A stretch of 64,000 nt of DNA from Oscillospiraceae bacterium. Its GTDB lineage: Bacteria > Bacillota > Clostridia > Oscillospirales > Ruminococcaceae. Positions 27,709-37,604 of the stretch are shown here, in pieces. Position 1 is the first letter of the stretch. Each line of letters starts with the position of its first letter. Under the pieces are notes generated by a model that did no database searches, was not told the DNA's origin, and worked only from the letters and a program-made list of their open reading frames with translations. The stretch covers positions 45,035 to 109,034 of the forward strand of contig JAFXGY010000005.1 in assembly GCA_017536625.1 (NCBI GenBank), in the 5' to 3' direction. Position numbers and translations under genes: made by a program.

Positions 27709-28398
27709 ATGAAAAAAACAGTAATAATTACAGGGGCAACCGATGGAATCGGAAAAGCCTTGGCAGTTTTGTTATCAAAAGAATATAACCTTGCCCTTTG
27801 CGGAAGAAATGAAGATAAAATGAATAAGCTCACCGGGGAACTTGGCGGGTGCAATATTTATGCGGAATGTTTTGATATTACGGACGGCGAAAAAAGACAT
27901 TCATTTTGCGAAAGTGTGAAAAAAGAATTCGGCAGAATCGATGTACTTGTAAACAATGCCGGAGCGAACACCAAAAAAGATAAAATAGCCGATATTGATC
28001 TTGACGATTTACGCTATATGTTCGAATTAAACTGCGTAAGCGCCGTTGGAATGATTAAGGAAATTTATCCTGTTATGGCAGAACAAAAAAGCGGTTTGTT
28101 TGTCAATGTGCTTAGCAGCTGCTGCCTTTTCAATAATCCCATGACGGGAAGTTACAGCGCTTCAAAAGACGCAATGGAGGGCATAAGCAAGATTCTTACC
28201 AAAGAGGTGAAAGAGGATAATGTCGGCGTATGCAACGTCTATCCGGGCGGTGTGGATACAAGCTTCAGGGCAGCATCGAACCCAGCTTACCTAAAACCCG
28301 AAACCGTTGCCAAAATGATAAAGTTTTGCATTGAAAACGAAGAAGGCTGTGTCCATGACATTGTCATAAGACCGTTCGTTGAAAATAATATGGCATAA
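27709..28398 (+). CDS. SDR family oxidoreductase
   Basis: TGATDGIGKA, NNAG and YSASK motifs. Confidence 0.9.
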   Translation: MKKTVIITGATDGIGKALAVLLSKEYNLALCGRNEDKMNKLTGELGGCNIYAECFDITDGEKRHSFCESVKKEFGRIDVLVNNAGANTKKDKIADIDLDDLRYMFELNCVSAVGMIKEIYPVMAEQKSGLFVNVLSSCCLFNNPMTGSYSASKDAMEGISKILTKEVKEDNVGVCNVYPGGVDTSFRAASNPAYLKPETVAKMIKFCIENEEGCVHDIVIRPFVENNMA

Positions 28399-28413
28399 AT
28401 CAAAATACACAGA

Positions 28414-28451
28414 TAAAAAAAGGCACCGCTTTCGCGGTGCCTTGATTTTTT
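28414..28451. terminator. bidirectional intrinsic terminator
   Basis: Stem AAGGCACCGC-TTTC-GCGGTGCCTT with A and T runs. Confidence 0.8.
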
Positions 28452-28458
28452 CTGTTTA

Positions 28459-29634
28459 TCAATAGTTCTTTGCCTGGAGTTCGAAATATGCCTGAGGATG
28501 TGCGCATACGGGGCAAACAACGGGAGCGGATTCGCCGACATGGATGTGGCCGCAGTTTGCGCATTTCCAGATAACGATGGAACCTTTCTGGAATACCTGG
28601 CCTTCTTCAACGTTTTTGAGAAGTGCGCGGTATCTTTCTTCGTGTTCAGCTTCAACTTTGCCTACGCCTTCAAAGCGGAGAGCGATTTCTTCAAAGCCTT
28701 CTTCACGAGCTTCTTTTGCGAAGGTTGCATACATATCGGTCCATTCATAATTTTCGCCTTCTGCTGCTGCAAGAAGGTTTTCTGCGGTGGTGCCGATGCC
28801 GCCGAGATATTTGAACCAGAGTTTTGCGTGTTCTTTCTCGTTTTCAGCGGTTTCGAGGAAGAGTCTTGCAATCTGCTCATAACCTTCTTTTTTTGCTTTG
28901 CTTGCGAAATAGGTGTATTTGTTTCTTGCCTGAGATTCGCCTGCGAATGCGGTCATGAGATTCTGTTCGGTTTTAGAGCCTTTGAGTTCCATAGTTTTTT
29001 CTCCTTTTTCAGTAGATTTATTATCTTCATTTTGAAGGGGTACAAATTCGGATGCGCCGTGTTTGCAAAGGGGGCAGACAAAGTCTTCCGGAAGTTCTTC
29101 GCCTTCGTAAACATAGCCGCAGATGGGGCAGCGCCAGCCTTTTTTAACTTTCGGGGGCTGGGGTTTCGGTTTAACGCGGTTCTGATAATAAGTGTAAGTC
29201 ATGGAATCCTCGGAAGAAAGGATTTCGGCTTCGGTAACATCCGCGATAAACATGGTGTGGGTTCCAAGGTCAACTTCTTCGCAAACCTTGCCGGAAACAT
29301 AGGCGTTGATATTTTCGCCAAGGCGAAGAACGCCGTTTTCGCAGCGGGAAGTTTTAACTCCCTCAAATTTATCTGCGTCCTTTCCGCTTCTGAATCCGAA
29401 GCCTTTGAATACATCAAAAGGTGCGGAAGTTGAAAGAACGGAAACGGTGAAATCGCCGGTGTTCTTTATCATATCGTGGGTAAGGTTAAGCTTGTTTACC
29501 GTAACGCTTACGCGAAGGGGAGTATCGGTTACCTGGGAAAAGGTATTGATGATACATCCGTTATCCTTTCCGTTTTCGCGGGAAGCCACAACATAAAGCC
29601 CGTAAGAGATTTTGAAAAGTGCTTTGATATCCAT
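28459..29634 (-). CDS. flavin reductase - rubredoxin - rubrerythrin fusion protein
   Basis: Flavin-reductase-like N-terminus, CPICG...CPLC rubredoxin, a rubrerythrin four-helix bundle (ExxH motifs) and a C-terminal CANCG...CPVC. There is no stop codon between the modules. Confidence 0.85.
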   Translation of the reverse strand: MDIKALFKISYGLYVVASRENGKDNGCIINTFSQVTDTPLRVSVTVNKLNLTHDMIKNTGDFTVSVLSTSAPFDVFKGFGFRSGKDADKFEGVKTSRCENGVLRLGENINAYVSGKVCEEVDLGTHTMFIADVTEAEILSSEDSMTYTYYQNRVKPKPQPPKVKKGWRCPICGYVYEGEELPEDFVCPLCKHGASEFVPLQNEDNKSTEKGEKTMELKGSKTEQNLMTAFAGESQARNKYTYFASKAKKEGYEQIARLFLETAENEKEHAKLWFKYLGGIGTTAENLLAAAEGENYEWTDMYATFAKEAREEGFEEIALRFEGVGKVEAEHEERYRALLKNVEEGQVFQKGSIVIWKCANCGHIHVGESAPVVCPVCAHPQAYFELQAKNY

Positions 29635-29653
29635 ATTATAATCTCCCTTTAAA

Positions 29654-29671
29654 AATAATTCAATAATTATT
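29654..29671 (-). promoter_or_regulatory. candidate Fur/PerR-type box upstream of the rubrerythrin fusion gene
   Basis: AT-rich imperfect repeat AATAATTATTGAATTATT (minus strand), about 20 nt upstream of the start. Confidence 0.3.
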
Positions 29672-30053
29672 TTTTATAAATGCAGTCGGAACAAAGTCCG
29701 CTGAAAACGAGGCGGTAACCTCCGATCGAAAAACCGTTTTCCTCTTTTATGCGCTTTTCAATTCCGTCAAGTTCGGGAACCGAAACGTCACAAACCTTTC
29801 CGCATTTGTTGCATTTAAGATGGTGATGGGCACAAAGGGTGGTGTCGAATCTGTCAGCTCCTCCGGGAATCTGGAGATGAAGGATCTCACCCTCTTCGGA
29901 AATACGGTTCAGTATGCGGTAAACGGTTGCCTTGCTTACGGAAGGAAATTCGCTGTGAACACATTCATAAACTTCGTCCGCCGTCGGATGATCGAGGGAC
30001 ATAAGCGCATTCATGATTGCAGTTTTCTGAATGGTGTTTTTCAAACGCATCAC
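29667..30053 (-). CDS. perR: Fur family transcriptional repressor, PerR-like
   Basis: 128 aa with a winged helix plus [10 protein letters not shown]...CSDC metal sites. It sits next to a peroxide-detoxification gene; the symbol is assigned by context. Confidence 0.7.
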   Translation of the reverse strand: MMRLKNTIQKTAIMNALMSLDHPTADEVYECVHSEFPSVSKATVYRILNRISEEGEILHLQIPGGADRFDTTLCAHHHLKCNKCGKVCDVSVPELDGIEKRIKEENGFSIGGYRLVFSGLCSDCIYKK

Positions 30054-30260
30054 TTCCTAACTGAGAACTGTTTTCATTTAGGATTATAGCATAAAATCTC
30101 GCAATGTCAATACTATTTTTGAAAATATTTTTGGATTTTAATCATTTTTTCGGGGGAAGAATCTGCCTTTTAAAATATAATTTATTTCCATTAATATTAT
30201 GCCGCTGCAATGCCAAAATAATGTTGCAAACGCAAAAGAAACAAAGGAGTGTAAATAAAA

Positions 30261-30443
30261 ATGTCCAGCTCTAACAAACAGACCAAAGCCGCACTCGAAA
30301 GAGTAAAACAGGAAGCCGCAAACGAAGTCGGCGTAAACCTCAAACAGGGTTATAACGGCGATCTCACTTCCCGCCAGGCAGGTTCCATCGGCGGCCAGAT
30401 GGTCAAAAAAATGATCGAATCTTACGAAAACGGCGCAAAATAA
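30261..30443 (+). CDS. alpha/beta-type small acid-soluble spore protein
   Basis: 60 aa with EAANEVGV and LTSRQAGSIGGQMVKKMI. Confidence 0.9.
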   Translation: MSSSNKQTKAALERVKQEAANEVGVNLKQGYNGDLTSRQAGSIGGQMVKKMIESYENGAK

Positions 30444-30460
30444 TCGGTTTTATGCCAATG

Positions 30461-30490
30461 AAAAGCGGAGCGGGAATGCTCCGCTTTTTC
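30461..30490 (+). terminator. intrinsic terminator
   Basis: Stem AGCGGAGC-GGGAAT-GCTCCGCT plus T5. Confidence 0.8.
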
Positions 30491-30559
30491 TTTGCCGAAA
30501 AATTGCTTTTTCGGCCGCAACAAACTTTGTAAATTTTTATTGAACATAGTGATATCTTA

Positions 30560-30605
30560 TTGACTTATGACATATTGTCATGTTATTATCATGACAATAT
30601 GTCAT
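30560..30605 (+). promoter_or_regulatory. promoter with paired 15-bp palindromes (candidate TetR operators)
   Basis: TTGACT (30560-30565), ATGACATATTGTCAT (30567-30581), a TATTAT-like -10, and ATGACAATATGTCAT (30591-30605). Confidence 0.65.
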
Positions 30606-30621
30606 TAATAAGGAGGCTGCC

Positions 30622-31239
30622 ATGCCGAGCCAGACTTTCCAGAATCTTTCGGAAGAGAAGAAGCAGCGCATTTTCGGGGCGATTTATTCCGAACTTCTGC
30701 GCGTGCCTTTTCCGGAAATGTCCATTAACCAGATAATAAAAAATGCTGGAATCCCGCGGGGAAGTTTTTATCAGTATTTTGAAAATAAAGACGATGCCTT
30801 CGATTATTTTGTTGAAGAAAGCTCGAAAAAAATGAAGGAATGCATTTTCAACAAGATATCTTCTTTCCGGGGCGATATCTTTGAACTTGCGGAAACGATT
30901 TTTGACGAACTGGCGAAAACCGGTGCGGAACAGTTCCGCTTTGAAATAGTTGATCATGTCATGCCGTATGTTGATGTAAAAAAGGTGGATCCTTTTACCA
31001 ATCTTGCGGAATATATGGATGAAAAACAGAAAATAGATGTTTACAGCTCCCTCGGAATAGGCAATCTCAATATAAAAAGCGAAGAGGAACTTATCGATAT
31101 CATCGGAATTATAGAAGCACTTTTCCAGAACGCGATTCCGCGCATAATTTCCGGAAGCGAAAATACCGAAAAAGTGACAGCGGCTTTTAAAAGGAAGCTT
31201 GCCATAATCCGAAAAGCAACAGTGAAGGAGGCATTCTGA
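30622..31239 (+). CDS. TetR/AcrR family transcriptional regulator
   Basis: N-terminal HTH MSINQIIKNAGIPRGSFYQYFENKDD. Confidence 0.85.
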   Translation: MPSQTFQNLSEEKKQRIFGAIYSELLRVPFPEMSINQIIKNAGIPRGSFYQYFENKDDAFDYFVEESSKKMKECIFNKISSFRGDIFELAETIFDELAKTGAEQFRFEIVDHVMPYVDVKKVDPFTNLAEYMDEKQKIDVYSSLGIGNLNIKSEEELIDIIGIIEALFQNAIPRIISGSENTEKVTAAFKRKLAIIRKATVKEAF

Positions 31240-31240
31240 T

Positions 31241-34200
31241 ATGTTATCGAAATTCAGCGTAAAAAAACCATATACGGTTCTTGTAGGCGTTATTGCCGTA
31301 ATAGTTCTCGGTGTTGTTTCTTTCCTCAATCTCACACCGGACCTTCTCCCCAATATAGATTTCCCTTATGTTATTATCACCACCACTTATGTTGGTGCTT
31401 CCCCGGAAGAAGTTGAGGAAACTGTAACAAAGCCCATCGAGCAGAGCATGGCAAGGCTCGATAACATCAACAGCATTTCATCTACCTCCGCAGAAAACTA
31501 TTCCCTTGTAATGCTCGAATTTGCGGACGGAACCGATATCGATATTGCCTCCATCGATATCACCAATGCCATCGGACAGCTTGAATCCGGCTGGGACGAT
31601 ATGGTCGGAACACCCATCATGCTCAAAATAAACCCGAATATGCTTGCAACCGCTGTTGTTGCGGTAAGCGTTGAAGGGCTTGAAGAACACGAGCTTACTT
31701 CGTTCATAAATGATAATATTATGACCCAGCTCGAAGGTATCGAAGGCGTTGCTTCCGTAACCGCCGACGGTATGATCGAAAAAAGCGTCGAGATAAAAAT
31801 TTCCGAAAGAAAACTTGCCGCACTCAACAAAAAAGTTGAAAATGAAATAAGAAAACAGTTCGATGAAGCCTATGAAGGCATCGAAGAAGCAGAAAAACAG
31901 CTTTCGGACGGCAAAGAAGCCATAAGGGTCGGCAATCTCGAACTCGAAAAAGGCAAAAAAGAGCTTGAAAAAGCAAAAATCGAAACAGAAAATATGCTTG
32001 CCCAGGGCAGCAGCCAGCTTTCCGCCGGTCAGGCACAGATTAATGCCGCAAGAAAAGAGCTCGACGCGGGAAAAGCAGAACTCATCAGCCAGATAGAAGT
32101 TCTTTATGCCACTTATGATCAGCTTGTGGAACTTCAGTCAACGGTTGCCCTTCTTCAGTACAGCAAAACCACCCTTCAAAGCACCGTTGCCGCTCTTCGT
32201 TCTCTCGAAAGCTACGTTCTTTCCGGAGAAATAGAAACCGATAATATAGATAAAATCATTTCCGAAATGACCGGCGGGGAATATACCTCCCTCAGCCTTC
32301 TTCAAAGCGGAATCGCAAAGGTAGAATCCGGCCTTGCAGAGGTTGAAAATAACCTTAATACCATTGACGAAACACTTGCCCAGCAGGGATACAGCATTGA
32401 TACCATCGGCCAGGCAATAACGGACCTCGAAGCGGGAATTGCCACGGCGGAAGGCTATCTTGCCGAAATGGATAAAGGCTATGCAATGCTTGATGAGGCA
32501 GAAAAACAGCTCAGTGCCGGTTACGGTGCTCTTGCAGCGGGAAAAGCAGAAGCGGCAGAAAAATTTGCCGAAGCGGAAAAAGGCATAAAAGAAGGCGCTG
32601 CGACCCTTGCCGCATCTTCAAAACAGCTCGAAGCGGCCGAAGCCGAACTCGAAGCCGGAAAAGAACAGATTGATGCGGCGATGGAACAGGCTCTTGAAGC
32701 AGCTGACGTTGCCAAAATGATGAACCTCGAAACCGTCGCGACCATCTTCTTCGCACAGCATTTCGAAATGCCTGCGGGATATGTCCTTGATGGAGAAGAA
32801 AAAGTTCTCGTCCGCGTGGGTGATAAATATGACAGAGTGGATACCCTCGGCGAAATGGTGCTCTTCGATATGGGAATCGACGGAGTTGAACCCGTTGTGC
32901 TCGAAGATATCGCCGATATCGAATATACCGATAACTCCGGCGAAACCTATGCCAGCGTAAACGGCCAAAGGGGCGTTATCCTTTCTTTCACAAAACAGTC
33001 CAACTATGCCACCGCTTCCGTTTCCGAATCCATCAAGGAAAAATTCACCGAGCTTGAGGAAAAATATGACGGACTCAAATTTTCTCCTCTTATGGACCAG
33101 GGGGATTATATCGATATAATCATAGATTCCGTTATGGAAAACATGATTGTCGGCGCGGTGCTCGCAATAATCATTCTTGTCATCTTCCTGCGGGATATCA
33201 AGCCAACCTTTATGGTTGCCCTGAGCATACCGATAAGCGTAGTTTTCGCAATTGTTCTTATGTATTTTTCCGGAGTTACCCTGAATATCATTTCTCTTGC
33301 GGGTCTTGCGGCGGGCATCGGTATGCTGGTGGATAACTCCATAGTCGTAATCGAAAATATCTATCGCCTCAGAAGCCTCGGACTTTCCCCGGTAAAAGCC
33401 GCTGTTTCCGGTGCTTCCCAGGTTGCCGGAGCAATCACTTCCTCGACTCTCACAACCGTCTGTGTTTTCCTTCCGATAGTTTTTGTCGAGGGCCTTACCA
33501 GACAGCTTTTCCAGGATATGGCTCTTACCATAGGCTATTCGCTTCTTGCAAGCCTTATCATAGCTCTCACCCTTATTCCTGCAATGGCGCCTTCCGTTCT
33601 TAAAAACGTAAAGCAAAAAACATCCGGCGAAGGAAAATTCATGCAGAAATACGGAAAAACCGTGGAACTTGCACTTAAATATAAGGCTGTTGCCATAATT
33701 CTTGCGGTGGCCCTCCTTGGAACAAGCGCATTTGCCTGCATAAGCCGCGGTTTCATCTTCATGCCGAATTTTGAATCCAACCAGCTCACCGCGAACATCA
33801 GTATGCCCGAAGGCTCCGTCCTCGAAGATACCTCCGCCGTCTGCGATGAATTTGCGAAGGATATCAAATCCATCGAAGGGGTAGATACCGTCGGAACCAT
33901 GCTTTCCGCCGGAATGGCAAGCATGGTTGGAATGTCCGGCGGAAGCGCCGATGTAACTTCCGCAACCATGTATATTCTTCTTGACAGCGAAGGAGAAAAG
34001 CACGCCGCGGATATTACAGAAAAAATTTCCGATATGGCAAAGGAATATGACGAAAGAGCTTCCATCGCCGTTTCCGGCGGAATGATGGATTCCATGAGCA
34101 TGCTCACCGGAAGCGGGGTTTCTGTCAATGTTTACGGAAACGACCTTGAAGATATAACTCTTGCCGCCAATGAAATAAAAGAAAGAATAGAATCCGTCGA

Positions 34201-35230
34201 AGGCATCGCTTCCGTTTCTGCGGCGGAAGAAGAAACCGCGCCGACGGTCAATATCAGCGTGAATAAGGCCGAAGCCATGAAAAACGGCCTTACCGTTGCC
34301 CAGATTCTTCAGGAAATCGCCACACAGCTTACCGAAAGCGTAAGCGCGGCAACCATCGAAACCGATGACGGCGATTACGAGGTTATAATAATCTCTGAAA
34401 AGGCAGAGAACTTTACACGCAGGGACCTCGAAAATTATGTCTTCGAAGTAACAAAACAGGACGGTTCCAAAGCGGAAATCAAGCTTTCGGATATTGCGGA
34501 AATAACCGATGGCACTACTCTTTCAAGCATCGAAAGAGTTTCCCAGAGAAGATATCTCACCGTTTCCGCCTCCATAAATGAAGGCGAAAACGTAACAAAA
34601 GTAACCACAAAAGTTGAAGAAGCCCTTGCGGATTATGAAGCACCGGAAGGAGTTTATTACGAATTTACCGGCGAGAACGAAACGATTATGGAAGCCATCT
34701 GGGAACTTGTGAAGATGCTCGGAATCGGCATAATCCTTGTTTATCTCATCATGGTCGCCCAGTTCCAGTCTTTGCGTTCTCCCTTCATCGTAATGTTCAC
34801 AATTCCTCTTGCGTTCACTGGTGCGTTCCTTGCGCTTATGATATGGGGACTTGAAATAAGCGTTGTTGCAATGATAGGTCTTGTAATGCTCGTCGGTATC
34901 ATCGTAAATAACGGCATAGTCCTTGTTGACAGCATCAATCAGCTTCGCGAAGAGGGAATGGAACGCCGTGAGGCCATTATTACCGCATCGAAAACAAGAC
35001 TTCGTCCGATTTTCATGACCGCCCTCACAACGATTCTTGCCCTTGTGCCCATTGCGCTCGGTATAGGATTCGGTTCAAGCCTTATCCAGCCCGTTGCGGT
35101 ATGCTGCATCGGCGGTCTTGCCTATGCAACGGTAATGACCCTTATTATAATTCCCGTTATGTATGAACTCCTTTCGAGAAAGACCATGCGCGTTATAAGC
35201 AAGGAAGACCTCGAAATTTCGGAGCTTTAA
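31241..35230 (+). CDS. RND (AcrB/SwrC-type) efflux permease with a ~300-aa coiled-coil insertion in extracytoplasmic loop 1
   Basis: 1329 aa with 12 TM helices in a 1+5/1+5 layout. The insert carries LxxG heptad-type repeats (QLSDGKEA, QLSAGQAQ, ELDAGKAE, QLSAGYGA). Confidence 0.9.
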   Translation: MLSKFSVKKPYTVLVGVIAVIVLGVVSFLNLTPDLLPNIDFPYVIITTTYVGASPEEVEETVTKPIEQSMARLDNINSISSTSAENYSLVMLEFADGTDIDIASIDITNAIGQLESGWDDMVGTPIMLKINPNMLATAVVAVSVEGLEEHELTSFINDNIMTQLEGIEGVASVTADGMIEKSVEIKISERKLAALNKKVENEIRKQFDEAYEGIEEAEKQLSDGKEAIRVGNLELEKGKKELEKAKIETENMLAQGSSQLSAGQAQINAARKELDAGKAELISQIEVLYATYDQLVELQSTVALLQYSKTTLQSTVAALRSLESYVLSGEIETDNIDKIISEMTGGEYTSLSLLQSGIAKVESGLAEVENNLNTIDETLAQQGYSIDTIGQAITDLEAGIATAEGYLAEMDKGYAMLDEAEKQLSAGYGALAAGKAEAAEKFAEAEKGIKEGAATLAASSKQLEAAEAELEAGKEQIDAAMEQALEAADVAKMMNLETVATIFFAQHFEMPAGYVLDGEEKVLVRVGDKYDRVDTLGEMVLFDMGIDGVEPVVLEDIADIEYTDNSGETYASVNGQRGVILSFTKQSNYATASVSESIKEKFTELEEKYDGLKFSPLMDQGDYIDIIIDSVMENMIVGAVLAIIILVIFLRDIKPTFMVALSIPISVVFAIVLMYFSGVTLNIISLAGLAAGIGMLVDNSIVVIENIYRLRSLGLSPVKAAVSGASQVAGAITSSTLTTVCVFLPIVFVEGLTRQLFQDMALTIGYSLLASLIIALTLIPAMAPSVLKNVKQKTSGEGKFMQKYGKTVELALKYKAVAIILAVALLGTSAFACISRGFIFMPNFESNQLTANISMPEGSVLEDTSAVCDEFAKDIKSIEGVDTVGTMLSAGMASMVGMSGGSADVTSATMYILLDSEGEKHAADITEKISDMAKEYDERASIAVSGGMMDSMSMLTGSGVSVNVYGNDLEDITLAANEIKERIESVEGIASVSAAEEETAPTVNISVNKAEAMKNGLTVAQILQEIATQLTESVSAATIETDDGDYEVIIISEKAENFTRRDLENYVFEVTKQDGSKAEIKLSDIAEITDGTTLSSIERVSQRRYLTVSASINEGENVTKVTTKVEEALADYEAPEGVYYEFTGENETIMEAIWELVKMLGIGIILVYLIMVAQFQSLRSPFIVMFTIPLAFTGAFLALMIWGLEISVVAMIGLVMLVGIIVNNGIVLVDSINQLREEGMERREAIITASKTRLRPIFMTALTTILALVPIALGIGFGSSLIQPVAVCCIGGLAYATVMTLIIIPVMYELLSRKTMRVISKEDLEISEL

Positions 35231-35240
35231 TAAAACCGAA

Positions 35241-35278
35241 AAAAATCCGGCGGCCGTTTTCCGGCTGCCGGATTTTTA
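35241..35278 (+). terminator. intrinsic terminator
   Basis: Stem ATCCGGCGGCCG-TTTT-CCGGCTGCCGGAT plus T5. Confidence 0.75.
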
Positions 35279-35358
35279 ATCTGCAAAGTATATCGGAATT
35301 GACACGGCCGATGAAATTTATTATGATTAATTTATAAAAGGAAAAAGGGGGATGGATT

Positions 35359-37119
35359 TTGAAAAAAAGCATATATAAATTCTCCTGTTTTCTGCTTGCG
35401 GTTTTGATTTTTTTGGGGAATCCTGCGATCAAAGCCTTTGCTTCGGTGGATATTTCCATGCAGGAAATCGAATTTCCGACTGTGAATTTCTTCGGAACAA
35501 ATTCCGTTCCGGAACCGGTGGATTCAAAGACGGTTGAAAGGAAAATTGCGAAAATAAGGGAACTTAACGGAAAGTATTTTACCGTAAACAAAACATACTG
35601 CAATAAAATCCCGGGAGAAACAGTCCACGGATGCGATAACTGCGAATCCACGAATCTGATAAAAACAAATCTTTATGACCTTATGCCCGAAAACAGAAGC
35701 TGCCTTCCGGAATATCACCGCAACACCGGCGGAATCTCGAAGCTCTGCTGGTCATGCGCGGCTTTCGCTTCAATAACCCATTGGTATATCTATGCGGGGA
35801 AAAGCACGGACGCAATAAACGTGAAGAAGATTTCTTCCGGCACTTTCAGCAAAGAAACCCTCTCTTCCGCAAAGCCGGGGGATATAATTGCCCTTTCCTA
35901 TGCAAGCACCGAAAGACATTTTCATTCCATGATTTTTCTCGGCCATACCTCGACGGGAATAAGCGTTATCGACTGCAACTGGAACACCCAGACTTACGGG
36001 AACTGCGTCGTGCTCGAAAGAAACGTAAGCTATTCCGAAAAATATACCGTCGCCGTTTCCCGGGCTTCGAATTATTCCGAAGATAAAATTCCCGTGGAAG
36101 GAATCGAAATAACGGATTCGGAAAGTAATCCGCTTCCGGAAAACATCGAACTTTATATTGGAGAAAAAATAAAATTCAATGCGGCGGTGAATCCGGAAGA
36201 CGCATCGGAAAAAACTGTTTTCTGGTCGAGCGGAAATCCTTTAATTGCCGAAGTTTTGGAAAATGGCGAAGTTTTCGGAATTTCCGAAGGAAACGCCGAA
36301 ATAAAAGCCGTTACCAAAGAAGGCAGTTTTTCCGATTCGGTAATTGTGAACGTTATCCGGAAAAATTATAATGTGGATTTCAAATCAAAAGAGGAAGCGG
36401 CGGATATTCCCGAACCGATAATTTCAAACGGAAATGAATTCACCGTTCCGGAAGATATCCCATCCATCGAAAACCGTAAATTTCTTCATTGGTCCGACGG
36501 CGAAAACACTTTCGAACCGGGAAAAAGCTATGAAATTTCTGAAGATAAAACCCTTTTCGCCGTATGGGTTCCGGATTGGCACCCGCAGATAGAAACAAAA
36601 AATATTTATGCCGTCCCCGGGGAAGAAATTGCGGTTTCGGTTTTTGTTACAAAAGCGCTGGAACCGGAAAACACCGAAATTGATTTCAGTCTTGAATGTG
36701 ATGAACTTGTTTTTCTAAAAAAAGAAATTACTGAAGAAATTCCCGAAGAGGGAATCATAGGAATATATTATTTTTCGGTTCCGGAATCTCTTCCGGAAGG
36801 CGAATATCCTTTTGAAATAAAGCTCGAAAAATATCTTGTTTCAGGCTTTGATCTTTCAGAAAACGTAAAAATGCTTCCGGGAAGAATATTTATATCGAAA
36901 ATAAGGCTCGGCGATGTTGACGGAAACGGAAAAATCAATATTCTCGATGCAAATCTTATCCGAAGATATTCCGCAAAAACGGCTGAACTTGACGAAAAAC
37001 AACAAAAAGCGGCAGATGTTGACGGAAACGGAAAAATCAATATCCTCGATGCAAGCCTTATCCGCCGCTATTCGGCAAAACTCATCGATTCTTTTCCGGC
37101 AGAACAAAATATTGACTAA
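35359..37119 (+). CDS. secreted dockerin-containing protein with a papain-like Cys peptidase-like domain, a Big_2 Ig-like domain and a Listeria/Bacteroides-type repeat
   Basis: Signal peptide, CWSCAAF...HSMIF (Cys/His), a Big_2-like segment, and dockerin GDVDGNGKINILDANLIRRY repeated twice. Confidence 0.8.
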   Translation: MKKSIYKFSCFLLAVLIFLGNPAIKAFASVDISMQEIEFPTVNFFGTNSVPEPVDSKTVERKIAKIRELNGKYFTVNKTYCNKIPGETVHGCDNCESTNLIKTNLYDLMPENRSCLPEYHRNTGGISKLCWSCAAFASITHWYIYAGKSTDAINVKKISSGTFSKETLSSAKPGDIIALSYASTERHFHSMIFLGHTSTGISVIDCNWNTQTYGNCVVLERNVSYSEKYTVAVSRASNYSEDKIPVEGIEITDSESNPLPENIELYIGEKIKFNAAVNPEDASEKTVFWSSGNPLIAEVLENGEVFGISEGNAEIKAVTKEGSFSDSVIVNVIRKNYNVDFKSKEEAADIPEPIISNGNEFTVPEDIPSIENRKFLHWSDGENTFEPGKSYEISEDKTLFAVWVPDWHPQIETKNIYAVPGEEIAVSVFVTKALEPENTEIDFSLECDELVFLKKEITEEIPEEGIIGIYYFSVPESLPEGEYPFEIKLEKYLVSGFDLSENVKMLPGRIFISKIRLGDVDGNGKINILDANLIRRYSAKTAELDEKQQKAADVDGNGKINILDASLIRRYSAKLIDSFPAEQNID

Positions 37120-37172
37120 CCCGGTTTTTATATGATAAAATTCGGTTATAAAGATAAAAAGGAGGTACTGTT

Positions 37173-37586
37173 ATGGATAACAGAGAACTTGTGAAGGAAG
37201 CCCTTGCCGCAAGAGAAATGGCTTATGTGCCCTATTCCCATTTCGCAGTGGGCGCAGCGCTTCTTACCAAAGAAGGAAAAGTTTATCGCGGCTGCAACAT
37301 CGAAAATGCCGCATATACCCCCACAAACTGTGCAGAGCGCACTGCTTTTTTCAAAGCAGTAAGTGAAGGCGAAAGGGAATTTGCCGCAATCGCCGTTGTG
37401 GGCGGACCTGCCGGAAATCCTCCGGTGGATTATTGCTATCCCTGCGGTGTTTGCCGCCAGGTAATGGCAGAATTCTGCACGGACGATTTTATTGTGCTCG
37501 TGGGAAAAAGCGAAGATGAAATCGAAGTCAATACTCTAATTGATATCCTTCCCCATACTTTCAGGGACGTTGACCTTCATAAATAA
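37173..37586 (+). CDS. cdd: cytidine deaminase
   Basis: CAERTA and PCGVCRQ zinc motifs; 137 aa. Confidence 0.9.
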   Translation: MDNRELVKEALAAREMAYVPYSHFAVGAALLTKEGKVYRGCNIENAAYTPTNCAERTAFFKAVSEGEREFAAIAVVGGPAGNPPVDYCYPCGVCRQVMAEFCTDDFIVLVGKSEDEIEVNTLIDILPHTFRDVDLHK

Positions 37587-37604
37587 GCCGGAAGAGGGTG
37601 CTTT

